Shown here: one piece after another, positions 8,550-17,835 of the stretch
Numbering within the stretch: the first letter of the stretch is position 1
Layout of the letters: each line of letters opens with the position of its first letter
Source: Polyangiaceae bacterium
GTDB taxonomy: Bacteria; Myxococcota_A; Polyangia; Polyangiales; Polyangiaceae
Length of the DNA stretch: 64,000 nucleotides
Assembly: GCA_033763455.1 (NCBI GenBank)
Contig: JANRKO010000033.1
Span: 32,001 to 96,000 of the forward strand
Direction of reading: 5' to 3'
Notes under the pieces: model-generated
Told to the model about the DNA's origin: nothing
Databases searched by the model: none
The model's input: only the letters and a program-made list of their open reading frames with translations
Position numbers and translations under genes: made by a program

Positions 8550-9743
8550 CTATTTTGTTCGCCCAAAGAGCTGTGAGGTCCACACTCGGCCGTCAGCGCC
8601 ATAAGCGACGCCCACGCCTATGGCATCAAAGTCCGGCCGCAGCAGAGTGAAGCGGTGCGAGGGGCTGTGCCAGAGCAAGCGATGAACTCGTCCGAGCGAA
8701 GCCGCTGTGGCCACGTTCTCTCCGATGAGCTGTAGCTCGACCGAAACGCGCGCTTCCCGCAGCCTGGCTTCCGCACCACCATTCCCCAAATTGTGCGCCA
8801 ACGTTTGGGCGTCGCGCATCGACGCCGCGTGCGCCTGCGCGATCGCGTCGAGCTCGGGTAGCCTCGCAAGGGCACGCAAGCCCTCTGATTGGCGAGCCCC
8901 ATTGAGCATCGCCAGGAGCCTGTCGCTGTCAGAGGAGCCCGCTCCTGTGTTGGCAGCTTCTCCAGGCGCCAGGGGCCACGCGCCTTCGTTTGATGGTTCC
9001 CGGTCGGCGAAAACCAAGGCTTCGGCCGCTGGAAGTGGACCAAGGCGTCCTGCGGCGATGAGTTGCACCGTCCAAGCGCCTGGCTCGGAAAGCGAAAACC
9101 GAGCTGTCAGCTCGTCGTCGCGGACGGTGAGCAGAGCCTGCCGTGGGCGCCCGCGCGGACCTTGGATAAAGAGCTCCGGCGCGACCACGCCACGCAAGCG
9201 CGCTCCAAACGTCAACCATTGCCCCACCCGTGCGCGTGTTGGAAAAGGCTCCACGTCCACCGAGGTTTCAGCCGCCACGACAGCTAGGATGGCCGGTGCA
9301 CCGTGCGAATGTGTGCGTGCGACACCACAACGTGTTTGGCCCTCACCACGGGTACGCTCTACCCAAGCCTGAACGTGCTCAGCGATATCTGGGTTCGGCA
9401 GTTTCGTTTGCCACTGCCTCGGCCATAGGTACGGAGCCCCGGCTGCTCTAAGTTCCAAATGGAGCGAACCTACATCAAAGAAACCTCCACCTTGAGCGCG
9501 GATAGCCAGTCGCTCGGCCGCGCGTTGAAGCGCTTGATCAGGTGCGCCGCAAGCCTGGTAAACGCGCGCAACCTCCGCAGCAGGCGTGGCGTCGAGCGGC
9601 TGAGGAGAAAAGGACTTCTCGGCCCAAAGCCGCTCAGGAGCCACCGGCTCCGGGGGGACCGGCGCCTTATCGCGCGACGCCAAAGTGGGGCCACACCCAA
9701 TGGCGAGGAGGGCCAGAAGTAAACCAAAGCAACGGTTCTTCAC
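8550..9743 (-). CDS. CAP/SCP-domain lipoprotein
   Basis: Lipobox AIGC; LNGARQSEGL, AQAHAASM, LAH, GENVA, SPSHR, DFDAIGVGVA; GTG 9743 or TTG 9749. Confidence 0.85.
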   Translation of the reverse strand: MKNRCFGLLLALLAIGCGPTLASRDKAPVPPEPVAPERLWAEKSFSPQPLDATPAAEVARVYQACGAPDQALQRAAERLAIRAQGGGFFDVGSLHLELRAAGAPYLWPRQWQTKLPNPDIAEHVQAWVERTRGEGQTRCGVARTHSHGAPAILAVVAAETSVDVEPFPTRARVGQWLTFGARLRGVVAPELFIQGPRGRPRQALLTVRDDELTARFSLSEPGAWTVQLIAAGRLGPLPAAEALVFADREPSNEGAWPLAPGEAANTGAGSSDSDRLLAMLNGARQSEGLRALARLPELDAIAQAHAASMRDAQTLAHNLGNGGAEARLREARVSVELQLIGENVATAASLGRVHRLLWHSPSHRFTLLRPDFDAIGVGVAYGADGRVWTSQLFGRTK

Positions 9744-9869
9744 CGGCAATCACAGTAGCCGAGCGTGCGCGGGGGTACCAGCGCTCGGCACCTTCGCCAG
9801 CCCCACGAACTTTAAGGCAACCGTGCTGTCGACCGCGCTACCATGTCTTGGTAAGTTTGCGGGAAGCGA

Positions 9870-11333
9870 ATGCGGACGATCTCGACAGCGGCAAAGGTAG
9901 GGTTCTTTGCCATCGTGACCACAGCCGCGGGAGCGATGATCTATCGCTTCGTTGATAAATCGTCGGGCAGCCGCGACGGCTATGTCGTCTACGCACTCCT
10001 CAAAGACGCGATGGGTGTGGCTAAGAACAGCCAAGTCCGCATGGCGGGCATTCCAGTGGGCACCATCGAGAGCGTTCGATTAGACAACGGCCGGGCTCGT
10101 GTCGACATCCGGGTGAACCGTGATGTTGCGCTGTACGACGACGCGTCGCTGTCGAAAGTGATGTCCAGCTTGCTCGGCGAATACGTGGTTACGCTTGCGC
10201 CAGGGACACAGGGCAAGCGGGAGCTGCGCGATGGGGACGAGGTCCATGTGGTAGTGGATGCACCCACCACCGATCAAATCCTAAAAGACGTGTCCGACAT
10301 CGCCAAAGACGTGCAGAAAGTGTCGCGCTCGTTGGCGGAAACGGTGGGCACCAATCAAGGGCGCGACGACATAAAAGCAATCCTGACGAACCTCGCTCAG
10401 GTTACCGAATCACTGAACCAGACGGTGCGCGAAAACCGTGAGAGCATTCGCACCACTCTCGCAAATATCGAAAACATCACCACGCACTCCCAACCGGAAC
10501 TGGTAAAGATCCTGGAGAACGTACGTGTGCTCACCAGCGACGTACGCGACATGCTCGCCAAGCCCGACGCTGAAGGCCAGAACCCCGGCGATATCCGCGA
10601 AATCGTGGGCCGCGTGAACAACGCGAGCAAAAGTCTGGAAAGTGCCCTGCAAAACATCGACAGCGTCGCCGGTCGGCTTGAGCGCGGGGAAGGTACGCTG
10701 GGCAAGCTCACCAAAGATGAACACCTCATCAATGAAGTAGAGGGTGTGGCTGAAACGGTGGGAGACTTTGTAGGCGGGCTGAACCGTCTGCAAACCCATG
10801 TTGGGTTACGATCAGATTACCTCTTTTTAACGGGTTCGGTGAAAAGCTACGTGGAGCTTCGGCTGCAGCCGCGTGAGGACAAATATTACCTTGTGGAAAT
10901 CGTCAATGATCCACGAGGTTTAACCCGTTTTGAGCAAGTAGATGTCCGCACCACCAACCCCAATGATCCCCCCGCCTACCGTGAAGTGCGGACCGTCACG
11001 ACCAACAGCTTTCGTTTCTCCCTCCAGTTCGCACAAAATTTTGGCCCTTTCACCGGCCGTTTTGGCATCAAAGAGTCCACGGGGGGCACCGGGCTAGATC
11101 TGCATCTGTTTCAAAATCGCTTTGAACTTCGCCAGGATCTTTTCGGCTTCGGCGAGGTGGTGTTGCCCCGCTGGCGCGTCTCGCTCGGCTACGAATTCGT
11201 GAATCGCCTGTGGCTAATGGCTGGCGTGGACGACATGCTAAGCCCCGATCGCCGCGACTATTTCGTAGGCATGCAACTGCTCTTCAACGACGAAGATCTG
11301 AAGAGTGTGCTGCCATTTGCGCCGTCTCCGTAG
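9870..11333 (+). CDS. MlaD/MCE family protein with long helical region and C-terminal beta-rich domain
   Basis: AKVGFF TM segment, DAMGVAKNSQVRMAGIPVG, SLLGEYVVTLAPG, GEGTLGKL. Confidence 0.9.
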   Translation: MRTISTAAKVGFFAIVTTAAGAMIYRFVDKSSGSRDGYVVYALLKDAMGVAKNSQVRMAGIPVGTIESVRLDNGRARVDIRVNRDVALYDDASLSKVMSSLLGEYVVTLAPGTQGKRELRDGDEVHVVVDAPTTDQILKDVSDIAKDVQKVSRSLAETVGTNQGRDDIKAILTNLAQVTESLNQTVRENRESIRTTLANIENITTHSQPELVKILENVRVLTSDVRDMLAKPDAEGQNPGDIREIVGRVNNASKSLESALQNIDSVAGRLERGEGTLGKLTKDEHLINEVEGVAETVGDFVGGLNRLQTHVGLRSDYLFLTGSVKSYVELRLQPREDKYYLVEIVNDPRGLTRFEQVDVRTTNPNDPPAYREVRTVTTNSFRFSLQFAQNFGPFTGRFGIKESTGGTGLDLHLFQNRFELRQDLFGFGEVVLPRWRVSLGYEFVNRLWLMAGVDDMLSPDRRDYFVGMQLLFNDEDLKSVLPFAPSP

Positions 11334-11380
11334 TCGCCATCAAGCAAAATAGGGCCCGCAAGGCCCCACGGGGCTGACCG

Positions 11381-11409
11381 TTGACGACAGCACAAGAGAA
11401 GCCTAATTC
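11381..11409 (+). promoter_or_regulatory. Putative sigma70 promoter of the multiheme cytochrome gene
   Basis: TTGACG-N17-TAATTC, 9 nt before ATG 11419. Confidence 0.55.
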
Positions 11410-11418
11410 CTGAGGACT

Positions 11419-12990
11419 ATGTTGCTGCGCTCAGCCGCTTGGTTTTTCGCCCTTTCTGTCGCTCTGGTGTTGGGTGTGGCGGGGTGCGGGAAAAACCGCG
11501 AAGCTGAATCGCTCCCCCCGAAAACTCCGACGCTCAGGATCTATGCGCTCGGCACACTTGCGGGTGCGATGGAGCCGTGCGGTTGCGTAAAATCGATGCT
11601 CGGAGGTGTGGACCACGCAGCAGAACTTTTGCGCAAGAAGCAATCGGAAGTTGAGAATTCGCTCCTCCTTGCCGCTGGCCCGCTTTTCTTTCTGAACCCT
11701 GAGCTCAACGCGAAATCTCAGACACAAGAGCTTTGGAAGAGTGAGGTTGTGGCCAAATCGCTGCGCAGCATGAAGCTGCGCGCTTGGGCACCGGGCCTTA
11801 ACGACTGGGCGGGGGGCCCGGAATACTTCAAGAAGTTGACCGAGCTTTCGGGGGCAAAGCCGCTTGCTGCCAATATTGGGCAACAGCCACCGATATGGAT
11901 GACTGAAGTTGGGAAAACCAAAATTGGCGTGGCGGGAATTTCTGTGCCGCTGCGCAACGGAATAGGACCGAGCGGCCTAGCTGTGCAACCACCGGAAGAA
12001 GCGCTGCGCCGCGCACTTTCCGAGCTTAACAAAAAAGGTGCCCAAGTTCGCATTGCGCTTTTGGCTTTACCGCGCGGGGATGCTCTGCGCCTGGCCGAAA
12101 AAATTGAAGGATTTCAGCTGATAATTGTTGGAAAACCCTTCGATGAGGGAGAGCTCAACGATGAGCCCGTGCCGGCGGTTGTGATTGGCAAGACACTCGT
12201 GGTTGCCCCACAAAACCACCTGCAATCCCTCGCGAGTGTCGACCTCTATGTCCGCGCGGATAGCTACGAGTTCGTAGATGCCTCTGGGCTCAGCCTGCGG
12301 GAAGAATTTGATGTGGAGCAGCAACGCGTGCAGGCACTACAGAAGATGACGCCGCCCCCGAGCGAACTTGGCCAACGAAAGCAAGCCCTCGCAGAAATTG
12401 AGAGGCGCCTCCAAGAGTATAAACGGCCAGTGCCGCCCAAGAGCGGAAGCTTCTTCTACTATCAAACGGCCAAGGTGCACGAGGCAGATGGCAGCCACGA
12501 CAACGTGAAGGCTGACATGGATGCCTATTACCGCCGCGTGAATACGCACAACAAAGAAGCTTTCAAAGATCGGCTCCCTGCCCCAGCTCTGCCCGGTCAA
12601 AGCCACTACGTGGGTGTGCAAGTATGCTCTACGTGCCACCAGGAGGAATATGCGTTCTGGCGCACCACCCGTCACGCGGGCGCATACACGACGCTATCGA
12701 CACAAAACAAGGAATTTAACCTCGATTGCGTGGGCTGCCACGTTACGGGTTATGAAAAGCCCGGCGGCGCCACCGTGACGCACATGGAGACCTTGCAAGG
12801 AGTTCAGTGTGAAACTTGCCACGGGCCAGGTTCGCGCCACGTGGAAAAGCCAGCCGGTGAAAAGCTAATTTCCCGTTCGCCAGCTCAAACCCTCTGCGCC
12901 GCCAGCTGCCACCACCCGCCTCACGTGGGGCGTGAATGGACGGTGGGGCAGGCGTGGCCACACATTATCGGGAAGGGGCACGGCTTTTAG
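11419..12990 (+). CDS. Lipoprotein: UshA-like (5'-nucleotidase fold, EPCGC motif) domain fused to a c554-like tetraheme cytochrome c domain
   Basis: Lipobox VAGC; MEPCGC...LGG; heme motifs CSTCH, CVGCH, CETCH and non-canonical CAASCH; GVQCETCHGPGS.H is typical of c554-type domains. Confidence 0.8.
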   Translation: MLLRSAAWFFALSVALVLGVAGCGKNREAESLPPKTPTLRIYALGTLAGAMEPCGCVKSMLGGVDHAAELLRKKQSEVENSLLLAAGPLFFLNPELNAKSQTQELWKSEVVAKSLRSMKLRAWAPGLNDWAGGPEYFKKLTELSGAKPLAANIGQQPPIWMTEVGKTKIGVAGISVPLRNGIGPSGLAVQPPEEALRRALSELNKKGAQVRIALLALPRGDALRLAEKIEGFQLIIVGKPFDEGELNDEPVPAVVIGKTLVVAPQNHLQSLASVDLYVRADSYEFVDASGLSLREEFDVEQQRVQALQKMTPPPSELGQRKQALAEIERRLQEYKRPVPPKSGSFFYYQTAKVHEADGSHDNVKADMDAYYRRVNTHNKEAFKDRLPAPALPGQSHYVGVQVCSTCHQEEYAFWRTTRHAGAYTTLSTQNKEFNLDCVGCHVTGYEKPGGATVTHMETLQGVQCETCHGPGSRHVEKPAGEKLISRSPAQTLCAASCHHPPHVGREWTVGQAWPHIIGKGHGF

Positions 12991-13939
12991 CGGCGTGCCC
13001 CGCTGTGCTGTCGCTAGCACGTTCAAAGCAATTGAGTGGGATCTTGCGTCGAGCACGCACACTCTCGGTTGCATCGAAGAATTTTGAACTTACCGGATCG
13101 TGATACCCGCTGGGCCACTCCGTGGAAGGTGCATCCGGCAGGTAATAGGCGGAGATGCGATCCATCAGAAGCTCCCTCAGGTACTTTCCAACCAACGACG
13201 CCAACATCACGAGTGGATCTTTGGCATCCGCATCTTGGAGAAAATGGATGTTGCCAAGGCCCGGGAAACGATACGCGCTGTGAGGGCGAGAGTGCTCCAG
13301 CGTGACCCGCAACCGGGACGAAAGAGGCCCGAAAAACCGCTCATAATCGGCGATTCCACCCACTTTTCCGCAGATAGCTTCAACCTCCCCGCCGGCTTCT
13401 TCTCGAAGCTTTAGGATCAGGCGCTCCATCGCATGCAGATCTAGAACAAAACGGTTCTGCCCTGCGCGCCAACCATCGTTGAGAACCTTCGAGCACAATA
13501 CACTGTTCTTCACGCCCAGGAGCCGAACGCCCCCGCTTTCGAGCTTCGTGAGATGCCGCCGCAGCCGCGCAACAAGCTCAGGACTTGAGCTAAATTTCTC
13601 GTGGCTTGTGGACCAACACTGCCCGCGCGCGCTCTTCGGGCATGGCGATTGCAGCGCTTCGACGCCTTCGAGCGAAACACTTTGCAGAAGCTCCTCCGGC
13701 GTTTTGATATCCGGTGAGGAGAGAGCGCGAGCCCAAGCCTCACCGAGCTCGACATTTCCGTGTGAAACCAGCCGTTTGGAGTCATCCAGATCAGCGCGGA
13801 GAGCTTTGGTTAATTTGCGCTTGAGAGTCGCCGCTCCAAGTTGCGGAGAGACTTCGGCAAGCGTGGCGGTGACCAACATCGGTCCAATGCGGGCCCCTAG
13901 CCCGTTTTCATCCACACCGATCCGATACTTGAACGTCAA
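12965..13939 (-). CDS. Ribonuclease HII-like protein (divergent, DENG variant)
   Basis: IGVDENGLGARIGPM, DDSKRL, DADAKDPLVMLASLVGKYLRE, SGYHDP match the RNase HII motif layout. Confidence 0.7.
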   Translation of the reverse strand: MTFKYRIGVDENGLGARIGPMLVTATLAEVSPQLGAATLKRKLTKALRADLDDSKRLVSHGNVELGEAWARALSSPDIKTPEELLQSVSLEGVEALQSPCPKSARGQCWSTSHEKFSSSPELVARLRRHLTKLESGGVRLLGVKNSVLCSKVLNDGWRAGQNRFVLDLHAMERLILKLREEAGGEVEAICGKVGGIADYERFFGPLSSRLRVTLEHSRPHSAYRFPGLGNIHFLQDADAKDPLVMLASLVGKYLRELLMDRISAYYLPDAPSTEWPSGYHDPVSSKFFDATESVRARRKIPLNCFERASDSTAGHAAKSRAPSR

Positions 13940-13953
13940 GCTAGCTCGGCCTC

Positions 13954-14202
13954 TTACCCGCCCTGGACCGGCGGGATCAAGGCTACTGTGTCCCCGTCCT
14001 TCAGGCGAGCTTCGCCATTTCTAAACTCCTCGTTTACAGCGAAGCGGACGCTCCCCAAAAACCCCGAGAGGCGCTGATCTCGAGTTTCAAGAAACGTGCG
14101 CAGCGTGGCCACAGTGGCCTCCGCGTCGGGCAAAAACACCCGTTCCTCTCCTGCACCCATGAGGTCACGCAGGGCCGCAAAATAGAGCACCGACACTTGC
14201 AT
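13954..14202 (-). CDS. moaD: Molybdopterin converting factor small subunit (MoaD/ThiS family)
   Basis: VLYFAALRD, FAVNEEF, DGDTVALIPPVQGG C-terminus. Confidence 0.92.
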   Translation of the reverse strand: MQVSVLYFAALRDLMGAGEERVFLPDAEATVATLRTFLETRDQRLSGFLGSVRFAVNEEFRNGEARLKDGDTVALIPPVQGG

Positions 14203-14231
14203 GCTAACGACCTCGGCTCGGAAACCCCCGC

Positions 14232-14813
14232 TCAGGCGAGGAGCTCAACTTTGGCAACCGGATAGCCCGCCGGGCGCTGCACGGCGTACGAAAGAGCAAG
14301 GATCTCCACCAAAACCACCCGATACACGGCGTGGACGTCATCCACGTCGATATCGTGAGCATGGGCTTCCAGAGTCGAATCGATATGCTCGTGGACGAAC
14401 TCGAGTAGATGCGGCTGCTCCATGGCAATAATATCGTCGCTGTCCAGCGCCTCGGCTGGATCGGCGCGGCGCAACTCTTCGTCTAACTCAAGCAGCTGCT
14501 CTGTGGCGTCTATCTCCTGCTCCTTCACCTCGTCGATATGGTGCGCATGAGCCTGTTCGAAGGCCAACCACACCGCGAGGGTCAGAAAATAACCCAGAGC
14601 CAGAGCCGTCTCATCAAGTGGCTTGTTGAGGCCTTCCGCGACCCGATTGGCCAACGCAGGCTGGGTACGTTCAAAGCGCTCGAAAGCATCATCCAGCTGC
14701 GTCCGCGCGTCTTCATCATCCTCGCTCAGGCTTTCCCGAACCGACTCCAACGAATGAGCCTGGACCTTGGCGTAGCCAGGAACGGGACGGATAGCTGAGC
14801 GGCGAACCCACAC
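14232..14813 (-). CDS. Hypothetical acidic alpha-helical protein
   Basis: Coding-like ORF; GTG 14813 is preceded by TGc-TAGCCT-N7 (ORF open to 14936). Confidence 0.65.
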   Translation of the reverse strand: MWVRRSAIRPVPGYAKVQAHSLESVRESLSEDDEDARTQLDDAFERFERTQPALANRVAEGLNKPLDETALALGYFLTLAVWLAFEQAHAHHIDEVKEQEIDATEQLLELDEELRRADPAEALDSDDIIAMEQPHLLEFVHEHIDSTLEAHAHDIDVDDVHAVYRVVLVEILALSYAVQRPAGYPVAKVELLA

Positions 14814-15046
14814 AATCCACAGGCTAGCACGACGGCAGGGCACCGGGGGAATGGGCAAACCCGTCCAAAACACCGAAAAGGCGACTCCGGCCCAAAGAAC
14901 AGGGGGCGGCCGAGCTTGCCTGTGCCGTAGCCGCAAGGATTCACGAAGGAAATTCGCGCAACACGCCGTGCTGACCTCAGTCTACCACGGCCGTGTAGGT
15001 AGTTGCACGAGCCTGTGCCCTGGAAGAAATTGGACGACCTCCTGCT

Positions 15047-16984
15047 TTGCTATGGGATATCTCAACCTGGCAACCTTGCCATGAGAGACAGCACTTGAAC
15101 GTGACGGTGTTATCGGACCTCAGTGGGAATAGCGGAGGGCGGCTGAGGCGGCTGCCATGGTTCATAGGGTGCCTGCTGGTAATTCTCGTGCCGGGGCTGT
15201 TCGCCCTCGACCGAGCGCGGCACTACGACCGCATCTTGGGTGGCGTAACCTTGGGTCCGGTGGTGCTCTCGGAGCTGAAACCAGAGGATGCGCTTGTGCG
15301 GATCCAAGCGTACGGTGCCCAGACGAGCGAACGCAAACTCCTGCTCCGTCTTGGCTCGGAGGCGTTTGAACTTTCACTTTCGCAACTTGGCATCCATCCT
15401 GCCCTCAGAACCTCGGTCGATAACGCTTACGCTGAGGGGCGGCGTGGGCATCTCGGCAAGCAGCTCTGGCACTGGTTGTGCCGCTTCTGGAAGCCTAGCG
15501 AGGTGCCTTTGGCAACAACGACCGAACGCTCCGTTTTCGAGCGGGAGCTCCGCCGCTTGGAAGGCATTGCTCTTGGAATTCGTCCGCAAGTTGGAGGGAT
15601 TGTTGTGGATGGTAAGCGGGCCATTCCCGTGTATGCGCAGCCCGGCAAGACGATCGACCGGGCCCAAGCTCTCACACTTCTTGTGCGCGCCGCGACCTCA
15701 CCGGAGGATCAAGTCGTCGAGTTGCCGCTATCATTGACCGCGCCCGCTACCACGCGCGAACAGGTGAACGCTTTGGTCGCTCTCGCTGAGAAGCTACTGA
15801 GCCAGCCGGTGACACTCAGAGGACCAGCCTCAAGCTCTGTTGACAGCACCGAATCGGCACCTACAGAGCTCGTGTTAGACGCAAGCTTTTTCGGCAATGC
15901 CCTCGTGGCTCGCTACAATGAGGAAACACGCCTACTTCAGCTTGCCCTTGACGAAAAAGCACTCGCAAAAAAGCTTGAGGGTATCCGTCAGAAGCTCGAA
16001 CGTTTGCCCCGCGACGCCCAATTTAGCGTCGAAAATGCCGATGCCGTGAGTATTAAACCGAGCACCACAGGCACACTGCTTGCCGATAGCAAGATACTAG
16101 AAGCCGCGCTGAAAGCCGCTGCTAGCCCCGAACGCCAGGGAAACCTGCCGCTGACCGAGGATGTTCAGCCGAAGCTCACGACCGAAGCCGCAGAAGCGCT
16201 CAACATCCGCCGAATGGTAGGGCACTTCAGAACTTCCTTCCCCTGCTGCGCCCCACGGGTGAAGAACATCGCACGCATTGCCGAGCTCTTGAACCACACG
16301 ATTGTTCCCCCTGGGGCGACATTCTCCGTGAATGAAGCGGTGGGTCCTCGTACACTTGCCGCTGGGTTCGTACCGGCGCCGAGCATCGAAGATGGAGAAA
16401 TGGTAGATACTGTGGGAGGGGGAGTGAGCCAATTCGCCACAACGCTCTACAATGCGCTATTTCATGCGGGATACGAGATCCTAACGCACCAGCCTCACAG
16501 CTACTACTTCAACCGCTATCCCATGGGGCACGAAGCCACGCTTTCCTGGCCCAAGCCCGATCTTGCATTTCGAAATGATACCCGTTCAGGCTTACTGATC
16601 CTCACTCAAGTGGGGAAAACGAGCGTGAGCGTCTTGTTGTTTGGGGATACCGAAGGACGTCGAGTAACGGTGAAGGTTTCCCCCCAGAGCGACTTCAAGC
16701 AACCCCCAGTGCAGCTCCTGCCGGCTCCAACTGTGCGGCCAGATAGTGAGGCTGTGGTACACCGTGGCAAAGCTGGCTGGTCTGTGGACGTTAGCCGGCG
16801 TATCGATTTTGCTGACGGCACGAGCCGCTCTGATCACCGCAAGGTCACTTACAATCCGGAAGCACGAGTGGTGAGTGTGCACCCGTGCCGCATTCCTCCG
16901 GGAGAGCCCGGCGCCACAGGCGAGGATTGCCCGCTGCCCGAGCCTGAGCCAGGCGAAGACGCAGGCGCCCCCCAGGCCGAGTGA
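15047..16984 (+). CDS. VanW family protein with peptidoglycan-binding (PG_binding_4-like) region
   Basis: N-terminal TM; RVKNI, FSVNEAVGPR, GGGVSQFATTLYNA, HQPHSYYFNRYPMG, DLAFRNDT; start uncertain (15047 or 15101). Confidence 0.9.
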   Translation: MLWDISTWQPCHERQHLNVTVLSDLSGNSGGRLRRLPWFIGCLLVILVPGLFALDRARHYDRILGGVTLGPVVLSELKPEDALVRIQAYGAQTSERKLLLRLGSEAFELSLSQLGIHPALRTSVDNAYAEGRRGHLGKQLWHWLCRFWKPSEVPLATTTERSVFERELRRLEGIALGIRPQVGGIVVDGKRAIPVYAQPGKTIDRAQALTLLVRAATSPEDQVVELPLSLTAPATTREQVNALVALAEKLLSQPVTLRGPASSSVDSTESAPTELVLDASFFGNALVARYNEETRLLQLALDEKALAKKLEGIRQKLERLPRDAQFSVENADAVSIKPSTTGTLLADSKILEAALKAAASPERQGNLPLTEDVQPKLTTEAAEALNIRRMVGHFRTSFPCCAPRVKNIARIAELLNHTIVPPGATFSVNEAVGPRTLAAGFVPAPSIEDGEMVDTVGGGVSQFATTLYNALFHAGYEILTHQPHSYYFNRYPMGHEATLSWPKPDLAFRNDTRSGLLILTQVGKTSVSVLLFGDTEGRRVTVKVSPQSDFKQPPVQLLPAPTVRPDSEAVVHRGKAGWSVDVSRRIDFADGTSRSDHRKVTYNPEARVVSVHPCRIPPGEPGATGEDCPLPEPEPGEDAGAPQAE

Positions 16985-17008
16985 GCTCGCTCGCGCAGGG
17001 TGCGAGCC

Positions 17009-17833
17009 TCACTCACGCAAAATACGAAGCTCGCGCAAAGACACCCAAGCCAAGGTGGCGCCCCACTCAACTTTGGCTAGATTTCCTGCCTTTTCATGCA
17101 CGTATACCAGGGCCCCCTCCGGAATCGTCCCGGGATGGCCAGCCGCTTCTGGAGCACTAACGCGCGCACCCATTTCGTCCAAGAGGCGTGCCTCTGGGCT
17201 AATAATCACTGCAGGCTCCGTTTTCTCACTCAGCCAGCGGGCGGCATACGCCAGAGGTGTGGCAAGCAACAATAGCCCCATCCCGAGGCCTAGCGAGATC
17301 CCCGCCGCAAGGCGCACATCTGCACGGCGCACGGCTCCGCGGAGCAAGAGCCCCAGGCTGACCAAGATCGAAGCCGCGAGAGCCAAGCAATCCCAAACAG
17401 CTCTCGGTGCAAGGCCCACAATAGCTCGACCGATACTCGGACGAGCGGCCAAAGCTTCGCCCCTCGCTTTCGCACGGAGCCTAGCTATCTCCGCTCGGAG
17501 TGCGTCGAGCGCGCGTTCTGCATCCGCATCTTTGGGATTTTGTAGCAAAGCTTCTTCGAGCCCTGCTGCGGCCTGCCCGAGATCACCTGGAGCAGCCTGC
17601 GGTGATTTGGCACGGGAGAGGTATGCCAGCGCCCGATTGTAGCTCAAATCGGCCGTCACCAAGCCACGATCGCTCGCGAGCTCAAAGTTCTCGATTGCCT
17701 TGGTGGGAGCGCCCTGTTTGAGCGCTTCGAGCCCAGCTCGTGCAGAAGCTTCTCGGCTCGTGTCTGCTGGCGCACTCGGTGCGTAGAGGGCAAAAGCGAG
17801 CAGACAAAGTACGCAGGTTCGGAGGCACCCCAC
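17009..17833 (-). CDS. BatE-like TPR/TM/SH3-like protein
   Basis: Signal peptide, TPR (LSYNRALAY), two TMs, C-terminal IPEGALVYV...AKVEW...WV; last gene of the Bat operon. Confidence 0.7.
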   Translation of the reverse strand: MGCLRTCVLCLLAFALYAPSAPADTSREASARAGLEALKQGAPTKAIENFELASDRGLVTADLSYNRALAYLSRAKSPQAAPGDLGQAAAGLEEALLQNPKDADAERALDALRAEIARLRAKARGEALAARPSIGRAIVGLAPRAVWDCLALAASILVSLGLLLRGAVRRADVRLAAGISLGLGMGLLLLATPLAYAARWLSEKTEPAVIISPEARLLDEMGARVSAPEAAGHPGTIPEGALVYVHEKAGNLAKVEWGATLAWVSLRELRILRE

Positions 17834-17835
17834 AA

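Noticed and set aside
11572..11586. Selenocysteine recoding in the UshA-like motif
   Set aside because: Both codons are TGC; there is no in-frame UGA
14850..14910. c-di-GMP-I riboswitch (GGGCAAACCC...GAAA)
   Set aside because: Lacks the downstream ACGCAAAG and a pairing P2/P3 arrangement; the resemblance is only partial
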